Positions 46,366-59,446 are shown, numbered from the whole stretch's first letter. The stretch: 63,376 bases of DNA, filler included, from Octopus bimaculoides (GCF_001194135.2; 8 parts of 8 records of this genome joined end to end with filler, not necessarily neighbours in it); one strand, 5' to 3'. Translations and numbers: made by a program. Notes: generated by a model from the sequence alone, not told the origin.

Positions 46366-49300
46366 CGGATTATAATATCTTCAGATGTTTCCTCTTCAAT
46401 ATGTCGAGGTATTTCATAAATATTGTTGTCTCTATCTGTTATATAAACACATTCACCAATTATGGTTAAATGAGGTCTTGGAATATAATATTCCAGACCC
46501 ACATATATTATTCCTTCTTTTATTCTTATCCTCCTCACCAAAGACTTTTCCCTGAACCATTCCACAAAACACCAACCATACCACCCTCCAGACTCCTTCT
46601 TCTTCTCCTCCCTCCTCAAAACAACAACATCACCAACAGATGTGACTCCCACATCGTCCACCCCTTCATCTCCCTCCAACCTTTCCCATCTCCTCATCTT
46701 CCCACAACACACTTCATCTTTACATTTCCCATCTTTCATATCAACCACATCCACATAATAAGAGTCAAAGATGTCGCTGTCATCACAACAATAGTAAACC
46801 TTGTTGTTCTCCCATATTCTTTCGTATTTCTTGTCTCTCTCTTTTCGAGTCATGTCTCTAATATAATGACCACCACACACGAGTTGATTGTCGTTGTATT
46901 TATAAATCCTGTTGTAGTATTTCTCAGTTTTAAACGACAAAGATCTCTGTTGAAGACCCTCATTTCTCTCCCAAAGGCGACAATGAAACATTCATCTGTC
47001 CACCGACATATGTCCAGTGGTTCTTCTTCTTCTTGTTCATGTTGAAGTATGTCCACTGTTGTTGTTGTTGTTCTGATTAATGTGAAACTTTCTCGAAACA
47101 TCAACGCACTCACATTCTCATCTAACTTAATTAGTTTACTGTTCCGGTCCCTAATGTCCCAATAATCATAACAAACAGGTTCCTCGAATGCGGGAATGGT
47201 AAAAGGGACCATTGCTGTTCTATATGGAAGTCTCCTCACTGATATTTCATCAATTCCTAAATTATTAATCTCCGCTATGTAATTACCACATCTCAGCTTT
47301 AATCTACCTTTACTAATTATTTCACCTGATTTACCTCTTCTTCCTCCATCTCTATCTCCTCCACTGTATTTCAATTTATTAATTGATTCCTTACTGAATA
47401 TTTCCTTGTTCATTTCAGATGTAATGGAAGGGAAACAAAGACCAGAATCAAGATTTAATAACAACACAGATTCCAGAATGTTCACATGGTCCCCATCAAT
47501 CTTTATGCAATGACATTCAATCAATTCAATATGTTGACACCAGTAAATACTCCCCACTTTTCTCCATATTACACCATAAGGGATGAGACTTGTCTAAGCT
47601 TGAAATTTCTTCAAATCTTTTCCATTCAGTTGAAATATTTCTTTTCTTTTAGGAACCGTGGCCATTATGTGTGTTTCCTGTGTAAAACACACACCACCAA
47701 CTAAACTTGCCACATTTCTGTGACATAGCAACTCCCCGTCTTCATCAAATATTTTAACATTTCCATTATTGGCTTTTTCACACACAACTGTCTTTCCTTC
47801 ATCAGAAATATCAAAATCTTTTACTTGAACAGCAAATTCGTCTGTTTGTAAACGAGCAACCGGGAAGCTTTCTCGATTCACCATAAACAACCCTTCAACA
47901 TACAATTCATTCCTTCTCCTCCTGGGGCTTCCAACAAACCTTGGTCCTTTACAGTCTATACTGAAGAAATATACTTCATGTTTATAAATTCTTTTATTTA
48001 AAAATATTCTCTTGTATTCCCCATTCTGGGTCAAACACAAAATGTTTCTATATCGAGATAAACCAAAACGTTACTGCCACTCACCATAAATGTACAAAAA
48101 ACTGTCATCAATTGTCATTGTGTCATCACCTAAATCATACTTCATGTAGTGTCTGACTGAATGTAAATATTGACCATCACTGTTGAAGAAAATGATGAAT
48201 CTCATGTTTAAGACAATGATGACATCTTCAGAAGTAACTTTAATATCCCAGATGTCATCATCATCATTTCCATCTTCGTCTCTCCTTATTAATGGCTCAG
48301 GTATGTCTATTTGTTTTATTTCCTTTACACTCGAATGTATTTCATCCATATCAACAAAATACAAATGACTTTCATCTCCCATTTTACTAAAAACCATTTG
48401 ATTGTTTGATAAAGAAGCCACACGTTCATATTTATTTCTCGTTTGGTAAATTACCAACGACAATGGAAATTCCACTTTTAATGTCAGTAGTTGGTAATTA
48501 TTATCATCATAATAATCCCTTTTCGTAATGACCAATGTGTTTGAGTGCCATCGACACATTCTAATATAGAAATAAGCATTCACTTTCATAGAATCCAAAA
48601 CTTGACCATCCAATGTAAATATCTTTATGTTTTTATTCCCCTCGTCCCATACTGCAACCAGATTATTTTCAGTAATAACCAAAGATTTAATCTCCACTGG
48701 TTTTTTGTCTCCCAAATGTTGAGGGAAAGGAATATGTCTTCCTTTATCAGAAACTGTCAGATCCTGTAGATATAAAGAAGATGACAACATTTCACTGACA
48801 GAAATGTTTCTGGAAAATACATCTACCAGGTCGATATAATAATTAAGTTGATTATTTGTAACGAGATCATTAACCAACAAATTATGATCGTTTATAGCAA
48901 ACATACGGCTGTTCTCTATAAGATATACAAACATTTGGTCAATAGATCCACCGTAGAGATTGAGGGGACATTAAAACACTGGGGACCATCTTAATACTAC
49001 AAGGATGATGATCACCAGTGCCATGACCACCACTACTAATGTGCTTGAAGAAAGCTTCTGGTTGGAACTCTAAACCACTGGACACCATCTCAATACTACT
49101 ACTACTACCATCACTTCCACTACTCTGACGATGTGCACCGCCATGACCACCACCATCTATTCTAGTGTTGTACTGAAATGCTTTTCCCCTAGTAACAATT
49201 AATAGCTTTTCTGTTTCATTGTGTATTGATAAGGATTTCACAAAAAAAGGGATATTAATTGTCTTAATTGTTTCAACTTGATTATGATAATTGATGGCTA

Positions 49301-49750
49301 AAATATCTAAATGTGATGGTTTATCACAATAACAAATAATTTCACCTTCACCCATCTTACACACCCGTACATAAGGCTGCCTTAATGATACATTTCTCAC
49401 TGTCTTTGACAGGTTTCCGATGACCCTCAATTGCTTCTGTAGGGGTAATGTGACACCTATTTGATTAGAATCCCATCGACATATATCCGTAGCTGTAGAC
49501 GGCAGAGATAATCTCGACACAATGTCTCCTTCATTAGAAATGTATAACAAGCAATCATGGTTGATGTCGGACACCACCAACTGTCCATTCTCCAGATTAC
49601 ATATTTCGCCAATGATAAGTTTTTTGTCATTCTCCTTTTCTTTGAGTCGTAGATTTAGATTTCTGATATAAGGATTTTTCAGGTGTAAACAACAGCCAGA
49701 CGACCGGTCCTGATACTTGTAAAGAAGGACCCTGTTAAGTTGAGTGTCCG
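46366..49750 (-). pseudogene. Large intronless coding block (~1,130 codons) of tandem NHL-like/beta-propeller modules; two in-frame stops and two frameshifts; both ends run into gaps
   Basis: The frame is open from the gap edge at 49750 (DTQLNRVLLYKY...KLIIGEICNLENGQLVVSD). Disruptions: a +1 shift near 48965-48985, TAA at 48071-48073, TAG at 47594-47596, and a shift near 46930. ORFs 48071-48934, 47594-48040 and 46850-47557 share one frame, and the sequence between them is open. Recurrent motifs: DICRWD / MCRWHS / DICRWT, and NKNIKIFTLDGQVL / NGNVKIFDEDGELL (NHL-like). Confidence 0.8.
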
Positions 49751-49850
49751 NNNNNNNNNNNNNNNNNNNNNNNNNNNNNNNNNNNNNNNNNNNNTTAATT
49801 AATTAANNNNNNNNNNNNNNNNNNNNNNNNNNNNNNNNNNNNNNNNNNNN

Positions 49851-49901
<51 letters not shown>

Positions 49902-49906
49902 CACAC

Positions 49907-49937
<31 letters not shown>

Positions 49938-50638
49938 TTACATTATGTTCTATCTGTGCGTTTGTCTATCAGGTGTGTAGATATGGTATTAATTTTAGTT
50001 TTCCGTTTCATTTTTCTATTCCGCAAATGTGTTACTTCATATTACTTGTTGTTGTTGTTGCATTTGTTGTTGTTTTATATTTTATCAAGTTTAAACACGT
50101 TATCATAATATAATTATTATATTACTACAGCCGCAAACCTAACACTAATTTTATGTTGTTGCTGTCGGTGTTGTTGTTGACGGTGTTGGCATTGGTGGCG
50201 CTGGTGTTGATGGTTATGATAGTTTTGGTGTTCTTAGTGGTGGTGGTAGTGGTGGCTCTAGTGGTGTTATTACCGATGGTGGTAGTAGAGCTAGTGGTTG
50301 CGCTGGCTGGTGGTTGTGTTGGCGGACGGTAGTGATGGTAATGGTAGCGGTGGTAGTATTATTGATGATAGTGTTGTTGTTGTGGTTGTTGTTGGTGGTG
50401 GTGGTGGTGATAGCGAGAGCGATGGCATTGGTGTGTCCGTGGTGGTGGTTGTGATGGTGATGGTGTGGGCACTGGTGCTACATAGGGAGGGCGGAAATGG
50501 ATAATTCCTAGTATTTAAGGAAAACAAACGGAGGCGGATCAGGAAAAATTAATCTTGAAGCTCAATGAGAGAAACTGTTTCACAAGAGAGAAGAACATGG
50601 CCGAGCAGAAGAAGAAGAAGAAGAAGAAGAAGAAGACT

Positions 50639-50681
<43 letters not shown>

Positions 50682-51359
50682 GGGAGAAGGAGGAAAATGT
50701 GGTGGAGGATGGAGAAGCAAAGAAGAAGAAGAAGAAGAAGAAGAAGAAGAAGGAGGAGGAGGAGAAGAAGAAGAAATGAACAAGCAACAACAATAAGTAG
50801 CACAACAAATGAAAACTTAATGGAAAGTCGCTAAATTTTGTAAACGCGATTGATAGAGTAACGTGTTAAGATAGATATATCTCGAAAATTTACTATGAAG
50901 TCTCCGTTAATTCGATGTTGAATGGAGTTGTGAAGGGTGGAATGTGTGTACATGGTGTGAGTGTGTATCTGGGTCTGTGTGCATATGTAGGTGTGTGCGA
51001 GCGCGTGTGTGTGTGCGTGAGAGTGCCAGAAAGATTAGAAAAGTGTGTTAAGGTAGATATTTGAGTGAGATGTCCGTTAATCTGTTGCGAGAAGAGCAGA
51101 AATGTGTAAAGATAGATATTGGAGAAAGTTTTATCTAAGTGTGATGGAGAAATGTGGTGGCGGCGGTGGTGGTGGTGGCGGTGGCGGTGGTGGCGGTAGT
51201 GTTGTTGTTGCTGTTATTGTTGTTGGTGGTGGTTGTGGTGGTGGTGGTGGTGGTGGTGGTGCTATAGGTGGTGTTGGTGATGGAATTGGAAATGGATGAC
51301 CTAAATGATCAGAAAAGATAGCCACGTCGTGGGTAAATTGAACCTTCCATGCCCCAGCT

Positions 51360-51619
51360 CAGTGGTTCTTTTAACCGGGGTCCACATGGCCCTTAGCGGA
51401 GATCCATATAAGGTTTTGTTGTTAAAACTGGTTATATTTCTACAATGCACAAAACATTTTAACAAATTTTTTTTTATATAATTCCTAATATCTGAATATG
51501 AAAATATATAATTTTTTTTTTTTGCATCAAATACCTTATAGGTAATCTCGTAAAATAAGGGTAAAATAAGAATCAAAGGGGTCAACAGGTAAAAATAAAA
51601 AAAATAGCGAGAACCACTG
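51360..51619. mobile_element. hAT (Charlie-like) MITE
   Basis: Terminal inverted repeats CAGTGGTTCT... and ...AGAACCACTG with internal ggggtc motifs near both ends; no clean 8-bp TSD. Confidence 0.65.
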
Positions 51620-53183
51620 GTCCATAGCGCACACATACAAACTCGCGCGCACGCAGAGAAACAAGCACGCATGCACAAAGAAAGTAGAAAATATAGAAAT
51701 CCAATAACCGAGCACGAAAGACGATTGGGATTCTGCAACACAAATTCAACTGAACGCTTACAGATTTATAATGTTCCCACTACATTCTGTGTCAAACTCT
51801 CCCTACATATACCTGTCTACTTAATTATCTATCTACCTATCTATCTATCTATCTGTCTATCTTCTACCTCGTTACTGCTATTAACTACTAATTAGATTGA
51901 ATAATATGAGAACTAAATATGTTGTAATCCCGTACACTCGGCTCTTTGGCAGACGAGATTAAAGCAGAGGCCATCACCAATGGATTTCTGATGTTAAAAG
52001 CCGCTTGTTAATTTATGAGTGTTATTGCAGAAAAAAACCTGTCAGCTAACAACAATTTTTCTTCGAAGATTTCCTGAAGAAGAACTCCTAAGCCTGAAAT
52101 ATTGAAATACAAAATGAAAGTACAAACCCTCGATTTGTATTAGTGTTTATAACTTGCTAAAGCTTTATAAAAAAAAGATATTAAAAGCATTTACAAAGAC
52201 AATGCTTCATGCAAACTATTCTACTTTACTATAGACAGAAATGAGTAAAGAGCAATATCTAGTGAGTTTAAGTTTATATCCCCAGCAAGTATGGCTTCCT
52301 GTTACGTACCATGATTTCATTAATTGTTTGACGCAACTCTGAATCTTTAGCGAGACACAGGCTTCCTTTCGATCCTCACTCTTGTATAATTGGAACATCG
52401 AAGACATAATAGCAGGAGGGAGAGAGAGAGAGAGAGAGAAAGAAAGACCTGCCTACTCAGCTGATATTTGTGTAAAGCTTAGCAGACTGGAATAACGTGA
52501 AATGAAGATGCGTTGCTCTATTCCCGAATCGAACCCACGATCGTTAAATCATGAGCACAACTCACTTCAAAGCCAATGTCTTTACTTAGTGAGAATACGT
52601 AAATAGATCTTATTTAACCTAGAAAGCTCGTATCAAAAACGTGTAAAGGGCGATATTTAGTTTGTTTACACACCTAGATTTTCGTTAATCTAAAACGTGA
52701 AGATCAGAAATATGTAGAGGGCGATATAATAGGATTAGATGTTGGTTAATGTGAAGCGAGAAAACCTTTAGAAGTATTATCAAGTGTGCAATACTAGTGA
52801 CATAATCTGTCTGTTATTTCCAAATGGTTCTTCCCCCCCCCCACTTCTTCTAAACGGTTCCAGCCTCTACTATCTTTTAATTCAGCAAATCTACACACAA
52901 TATGGGTGCTTTATCTTTCAAGTGGCAGAATAAAAAATGAGAAATTTGGTAAATGAGAACAATTATAGATAATGCGTGTGTAAGTATGTGTCTATATCTT
53001 TGTGCGTATGTAAATATATATATATATATATATCATTGTGTTTGTGTTTATGTGCTGTTATACGTGAAGATAGCATTGTATGTAGGTACATATATCACCA
53101 TGTGCGAATATCGTTTTGTGTATGTATGAACATCGTAGTGAGTCTAGATACCAAAATGTATAGGTATGAGTATGATTGCTCGA

Positions 53184-53244
<61 letters not shown>

Positions 53245-53424
53245 CGGTGTGTGTGTATGGATATATGTGTTTTATGTAGACACCGTTTCTAGTTTATTTA
53301 TTTCACATTTGTGAATGTGTGCATACTCTCACAAGTATCTATGCGCTTCTGTAGGTGTGTCTCTGTTCCTATACGGGTATGAAGTAAGCAATACGTGTTG
53401 TGTGTGTATATATGCATGTATATG

Positions 53425-53469
<45 letters not shown>

Positions 53470-53840
53470 GTATCTCTGTATATGTGTAAATACGTATATG
53501 TGAGGCACGAGTAGCTGTATTTAAGGTGGATGTTCTGGTAATTCGCTTAATTATATTTACTTAGTTCCATCATTAAAACGTCTAGTTAGCAGTGAAAATA
53601 ACGGTTTTATTTTCCTTCTTTTATTTCATAGGTTTACTGAGAATATTACAACAGAGAATTAATAACTCAAAGACAGTGACGGTGTTCATGGAGAGAGACT
53701 ACAGGATAGAAACATATATGGAGAAAGAGACAGAAAGTGGGAAAGTGAAAGTGACAAAAGGAGAGAGAGACAAAAGGAGAGAGAGACACAAAATCAAAGG
53801 AAGACACAGACACGAAGAGAGAAAGATACAATTGGATACA

Positions 53841-54020
53841 AAGATACATCATCATTGGTTGGGACTGTCACATCGATTAGAAGGTACTTTCGTTTCTGGG
53901 GTCATGTGACAATAACATCCGACAAATTACCCTAGATCTCCCTGTCTGTATGTATCAGGATATTCCAGAATACGGTCACTTTATCATTCTCTAACCCGTT
54001 TATCGTAACTCCCTTCTCTG
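53841..54020 (-). mobile_element. RLE-type non-LTR retrotransposon (R4/Dong-like), inverted 5' segment containing the PD..D endonuclease region
   Basis: The minus strand reads GLENDKVTVFWNILIHTDREI*GNLSDVIVT*PQKRKYLLIDVTVPTNDDVSL, matching the RLE motif (ENDKV.I.WD..I.TD..I..NRPDIV......C.LIDV..P). Confidence 0.8.
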
Positions 54021-54026
54021 TAATAA

Positions 54027-54430
54027 AAGATGTGGCATCTTAAAATGAGAAATGTTCCTGTTATTGTAGGTACCCTAGGTATGATAAAACAAGCGGTGTC
54101 AGAAACATCTAGATAACATCCCAGGAGAACCATGTCTCAGAGAAATCCAAAAGATTGTGCCGACAAGTACTGCCCACATCCTTAGCAGAACCCTATCCAT
54201 TTAAATATCTGTGTTGTATTACATGAAGATATTTCGCTACTGCCCCTACGAATTCTCCTTTCCAAGCTTTCAGTCCAAGTGTAACATCTCTAATCCTTCA
54301 CTCGCCCCAGGACGCTGGGTGTGTCTGTCTCGGCAAGTGATTGTAGCAAACATGCAGATTAAAAGTAGAAATAATAATAATAATAATAATAATTACTACT
54401 ACTACTATTATTATTATTATTATTATTATT
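54027..54430 (+). mobile_element. Same RLE-type LINE: direct 3' segment, 3' UTR and (AAT)n tail
   Basis: The plus strand reads KMWHLKMRNVPVIVGTLGMIK, then (frameshift) QKHLDNIPGEPCLREIQKIVPTSTAHILSRTLSI*, then a ~165-bp UTR and an (AAT)n tract from about 54370. Confidence 0.85.
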
Positions 54431-54622
54431 GAATATCCATCTACAACAATACCGTGACACCTCTACTATTATCATTCTTACCATCATCAACCACTTTTCA
54501 TCTTAATCGCAACACTGGTGCACCACCATCTCCACCACATAACCATACCAAAATCACAACTACCGTCACCATCGCCATAATGAACATGAGCACCTCTCTA
54601 TCACTCACTCAGTCATTCTATT

Positions 54623-54654
<32 letters not shown>

Positions 54655-55369
54655 TCTGTTGACTATTTAAACCTGTGCAAATCAATATCTATAGAAAATA
54701 TTATTGAGAAGATAGAAATTAGATAATAAAAGTGAAATTTGTTATAATCGAGAGCACAAAGATGATGTGTCAACATCTCAGTTGGTGATGCGACCAAAGG
54801 TCTCACTCTTGTAGCGATTCTCTGAATTTATAGAATGGAAGTTAATTGTTTGTATTGGTTTCTTGAAAGTCTTCTAGGTGTGTGTGTATATACGTGTGTG
54901 TGTATATATATACGTGTGTGTGTGTGTGTGTATATATACGTGTGTGTGTGTGTATATACATATATGTGTGTGTGTGTGTACGAGTGAATATATGCATATA
55001 CACACACAAACACATATACATGTGTATGTGCGTACATGTGTTTATGCATATTTTATGTATATTTGTGTATACATGTATATACATGTATATACATGTATAT
55101 GTGTATATATGTAAATGTACATATGTGTGTATGTGCATGTATCCATATATGCGTATGTGTGTATGTGCATGTATCCATATATGTGTGTGTATATGCGTAT
55201 ATGTGTATTTGTGTGTATATGCGCGTGCGTATGTGTGCATGCATAAAGTCTATTTGTATGTACGCCTGTGTGTGTATATATTATTATGCATATATATATA
55301 AGGGTATTCGTTTGTGTATATATGCTTGTCTTTATGCATGAGCGGGTGGTAACGTTGATAGCTTTGGCG

Positions 55370-55715
55370 GTGGATCTCCGTCGTTCGACGATGCGGATGA
55401 ATTGCTTAGCCAACTGAATTATCTGCTCCTGAATTAACGTGTAAATGACTGAAAATTCCACCGACGTGTCATTCTCAAACAGAATCGGCACCGTACAGTG
55501 TGAGACGAAGCTTCCCCATTAGAATTACAGGCACAGTCCACCTGACGGGATTCTACGTAGTTTCCATCTAGCAAAATTTATTTCCAGGGTATGGGTCTAC
55601 TCGAGGCTATGGGAAATTGAAAAATCTCAATTGCCTTAGATGTCATGCAATAGAATCGAACCCGGGGCTTCGTGATTGCGAAGCAGACTTCTTAAATATT
55701 CTGTGACACTGCGCC
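55370..55715 (-). mobile_element. Degenerate chimeric SINE (family D-like core, family A-like head)
   Basis: ctgctcctgaattaacgtg...gaattacaggcaca matches the core of the element at 59447-59883; the adjacent gtttccatctagcaaa...cgaacccgg...gcgcc matches the family A head. Confidence 0.55.
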
Positions 55716-55799
55716 TGCAAATGCATGTGCATGCGTTGTGTGTGCATGTGCATACGTATATATGCGTATGTATATCTACCTACACACATATATATATAC

Positions 55800-55839
<40 letters not shown>

Positions 55840-55863
55840 ATATATATATATATATGTATGCTC

Positions 55864-56300
55864 TTTTACTTTTTCATTTGTTTCAGTCATTTGATTGCGG
55901 CCATGCTAGAGCACCGCCTTTAGTCGAACTAACCGACCCGAGGACTTATTCTTTGTAAGCCTAGTACTTATTCTAGCGGTCTCTTTTGCTGAACCGCTAA
56001 GTTACGGGGACGTAAACACACTAACGTTGGTTGTCAAGTGATGGTAAAGGACAAACACAGATACACACACACAGACACGCGCACATACACACACACACAC
56101 GCACACGCACACACACATATATATATATATATACATACACAACAGGCTTCTTTGGGCTTCCGTCTACCAATTTCACTCACAAGGCTTTGGTCGGCCACAG
56201 GGTATAATAGAAAACACTTGTCCAAGATGTCACGCAAGGGGACTGAAACCGGAATCATGTGGTTGGAAAGCAAGCTTCTTAACACATAGCCACTCATGCG
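55864..56300 (-). mobile_element. SINE family A, full-length, CpG-retaining copy
   Basis: Complete layout from gcgcatgagtggctatgtgttaagaagc (read on -) to gaaacaaatgaaaaag. Confidence 0.88.
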
Positions 56301-57246
56301 CATATGTATATGTGTGTGTGTATGTATGTATGTATGTATGTATATATACAACTGTGTGTGTATATGAATCTGTCTTTGATACGTAACGACAATATTTTCA
56401 TTTTTATTATTTCCACATCCAACCCTCCCACTATCAGCCCGAACCATATTCTTCACTCCCACCACGACTGCGAAGCCAAAATTCTCACCATCACCATCTC
56501 TATCCCTCTACCTTTTCCCCTCCTCCTCTTCCTCCGTCGCCGCCGCCATCTCTTCCAGGTTACTATTTATCAGTTGGACTTATTGTTATATAACCAAGTT
56601 CAGCTCTGATAGAAAATAAAAATGAACTTAGAAATCTCGCAACAAAAATCGATTAAATTCCCCCTCCCCTCGTATTTGTTTTTATTCTCGTTATTTCATG
56701 TTGCATTTATTAAATCTGATGGATCACTAATTTACGCAACAACCTGCTCTCGCTTTCATTTCTTTCTCTATTAAATCCCATTCTACCTCACCGTCTTTCA
56801 TCTTTCTCTCTTTCCTATATCCTCTCTCTTTCTACCCTCTCCCTCATACACACACAAGTATGTACACACAATCTCACTCTTTTTTCTTCCCTCTCTCTTT
56901 CATTCGTCTTCTTCTCTATGTCTCAATAACTCTATCAATAAATATATTTAATACAAGCCTAAATCCTTTTCATTTAATTCTCTCTCTCTCTGTCTTATCT
57001 TCCTCTCTTCTCTCTTTCCTCCCTCTTGGTTTCTTTCTGTTTACTCTCTGATCATTCGCAATACTCTCTAATAATCAGGTTCACCACTCTGTTAAACACC
57101 CACACACGCACATATATGGATACACATGTGTATTTATAAATACTCACACATACCCACACACACAAATATATACATAAATATATATACGCACACACATATA
57201 TATATATATATATATACACACATCTATAAATACATGCATACGTGTG

Positions 57247-57286
<40 letters not shown>

Positions 57287-59446
57287 TATGTGTACGTATA
57301 TATACACAGATAAAACACACACAAAAGAGAGGAGATTAAGAGGTAAGGAGGCGATAAACATGTATATAATATATGAAGTTAGACAAGCATAACACGTCGT
57401 GGAATAAACATGGAAATGAGAAATTAAATGACACCAATAAATGAATATGTACAATGAAAATAATGATGCCAATGAATGTGATAGAAGAGGATTAACATTT
57501 TAGCTTATACGATTTATTTAAGCAAGGAGAAGGTAACCGAAAATGGGAACGATACGAAATATGTTTACATTGCAATCTTAGTGTAAAAGAGATCTCCGAT
57601 CATAGATCATAATTCTACTTAATGACAAGTGACAAGGAGTCAACGGGAATGTAATTTTGGTCACTAATTAATGTGTAACCCTTTTTCTGACAGAGCCTAA
57701 AATATTTGTTTATTTTGTTCGTGACTCTGCCTATGTCGATTAAATGAAACCGAAAATCAATGTCTAAGCACCAATTTAATTCAAACTACAATGTATCAAA
57801 TAGTCTGATCGTAAAATAACGTGTAATCAATATGCTTACAATTCGTTCCGAAATATACAAATGTAAAACATGCCTTATTAAAAATATTACGTGGCCTACT
57901 TCCGAAACATATAACCCTCCTTGTGTTTAGTTTAATACATTGTGTTTAGTTTAATACATAAATTAGATTAACTGGTTCGATTAATATCAATTTGTTGGGC
58001 TTCTATGGGGTTATTAAACATCAAGTTCTAACAATAGGTGTACGCTTCTTACCATCAATCTATTTACAAACGACAGAAACAGGGTCGTGTGCTTGAATCT
58101 GCCCATAATTTTGGAAAATGTATATAGCAAACGATTTGATGTTATAGTATCTCTTTTGACTAGTGGCAAGTATTGCATTTCCTCTATGAATCGACTAATG
58201 TTTCGCAAGTTAATATAACACGAAATCACGTTCTCTGACATTTCTTTATTCGATGACAAGGTACAAGTTCTTATACTGATGTTTATGACTCAAGTTTTTA
58301 AATTTATGAGTGGATTCAAGATTGTATCAGCGTATACTTTTTATTAGATTCACTATTTGGCTTTATAATGAAGATAATATCTAAGCAATTTTCAATACGT
58401 TAATTAGCGTTGATAGTTCCTATATGAACGAAATTATTGTACGTATTAATTAGATATTTTCAGAGTAAATCTGGTCAGCATTTGTTGATGTACTGAACAC
58501 ACGGTTAACCCATCCTCTCGGTCTAAGCCTATATCATGTGTAATGAATATACTTTTGAGTGTGTCAAGGGTATGCATAACTTTGCATTATCCAATAGTTC
58601 TCCTCTGACAGAACGAGTTCGTGGGGTTTCACTCTTGATCTCATCTTAAGTTTTTTTTTTTAAGTACAGTGTTTTCTAGTTTACATAACGATGTCTATAT
58701 GTCTTTTATACATGTTGTTACATATATTAGCGAACTTTTAGACACAGATAAGTGTAGTGATTTCGAAGATGGGTTATAAAATATGATAGAGCCGAATTAC
58801 GGAAACTGAAATATTGAGAACTGCGATAAATCTTCAGACCACTTAAACATCGAATGAGATATTTTCAGGAAGGGTTTCCACGTCAACAAACAAAATCTGA
58901 TACAGTTGAGGATTATATGACCAAATGATTGAACGAATTGCCCCCACTTAACTTTTTACCAGAAACATGCACACTCTCTTAATTTTTCCTTTTACAGTCC
59001 CTGTTAATTATCAACACAGTATTTTATTCAATTGTTTTTAAATATTTCATTATGTAATATGCCCATTGTTGCTTTAACCTTTATATTTTCATTATTTCAA
59101 TTCAGTCAAGTATCACTTTATTGAAACCCTTAAACCAAATACTTTTATCAAGTTCACCCAAGTTGATCGTTTGTATACATCCCTAGGGAAACTGCTCATC
59201 TTTAACAACCATTATGAATATATAATAAGTTATAATCCTTAACTTGATTTTACCCTCACCGTACAATCCCGGATGTTTAGACAACCACTCTGTGACTATT
59301 CATTGTACTTATCTGCTAATCGTACTAAGCTCTGAGGCTTATCGTGTGACAGTTATTGAGCTTTAATAAATATAAACTTGAAGTTACGTTGTATAAGCTC
59401 TGTAAACACTTATTTCCGTTATTATTTTATTCTATTTATATTCTGT

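Noticed and set aside
46470-47045. 191-aa plus-strand ORF
   Set aside because: It lies antisense to the propeller coding block and is rich in H/I/F/P/S, as expected for the shadow of an acidic/Gly/Val-rich sense frame.
55042-55491. 149-aa minus-strand ORF with a protein-like N-terminus (MPILFENDTSVEF...)
   Set aside because: The N-terminal half is a SINE core homologous to 59447-59883 and the rest is microsatellite.
57600-59400. Microsatellite-free 1.8-kb stretch that could hide coding sequence
   Set aside because: The frames examined by hand contain frequent stops and no recognisable motif; left uncalled.
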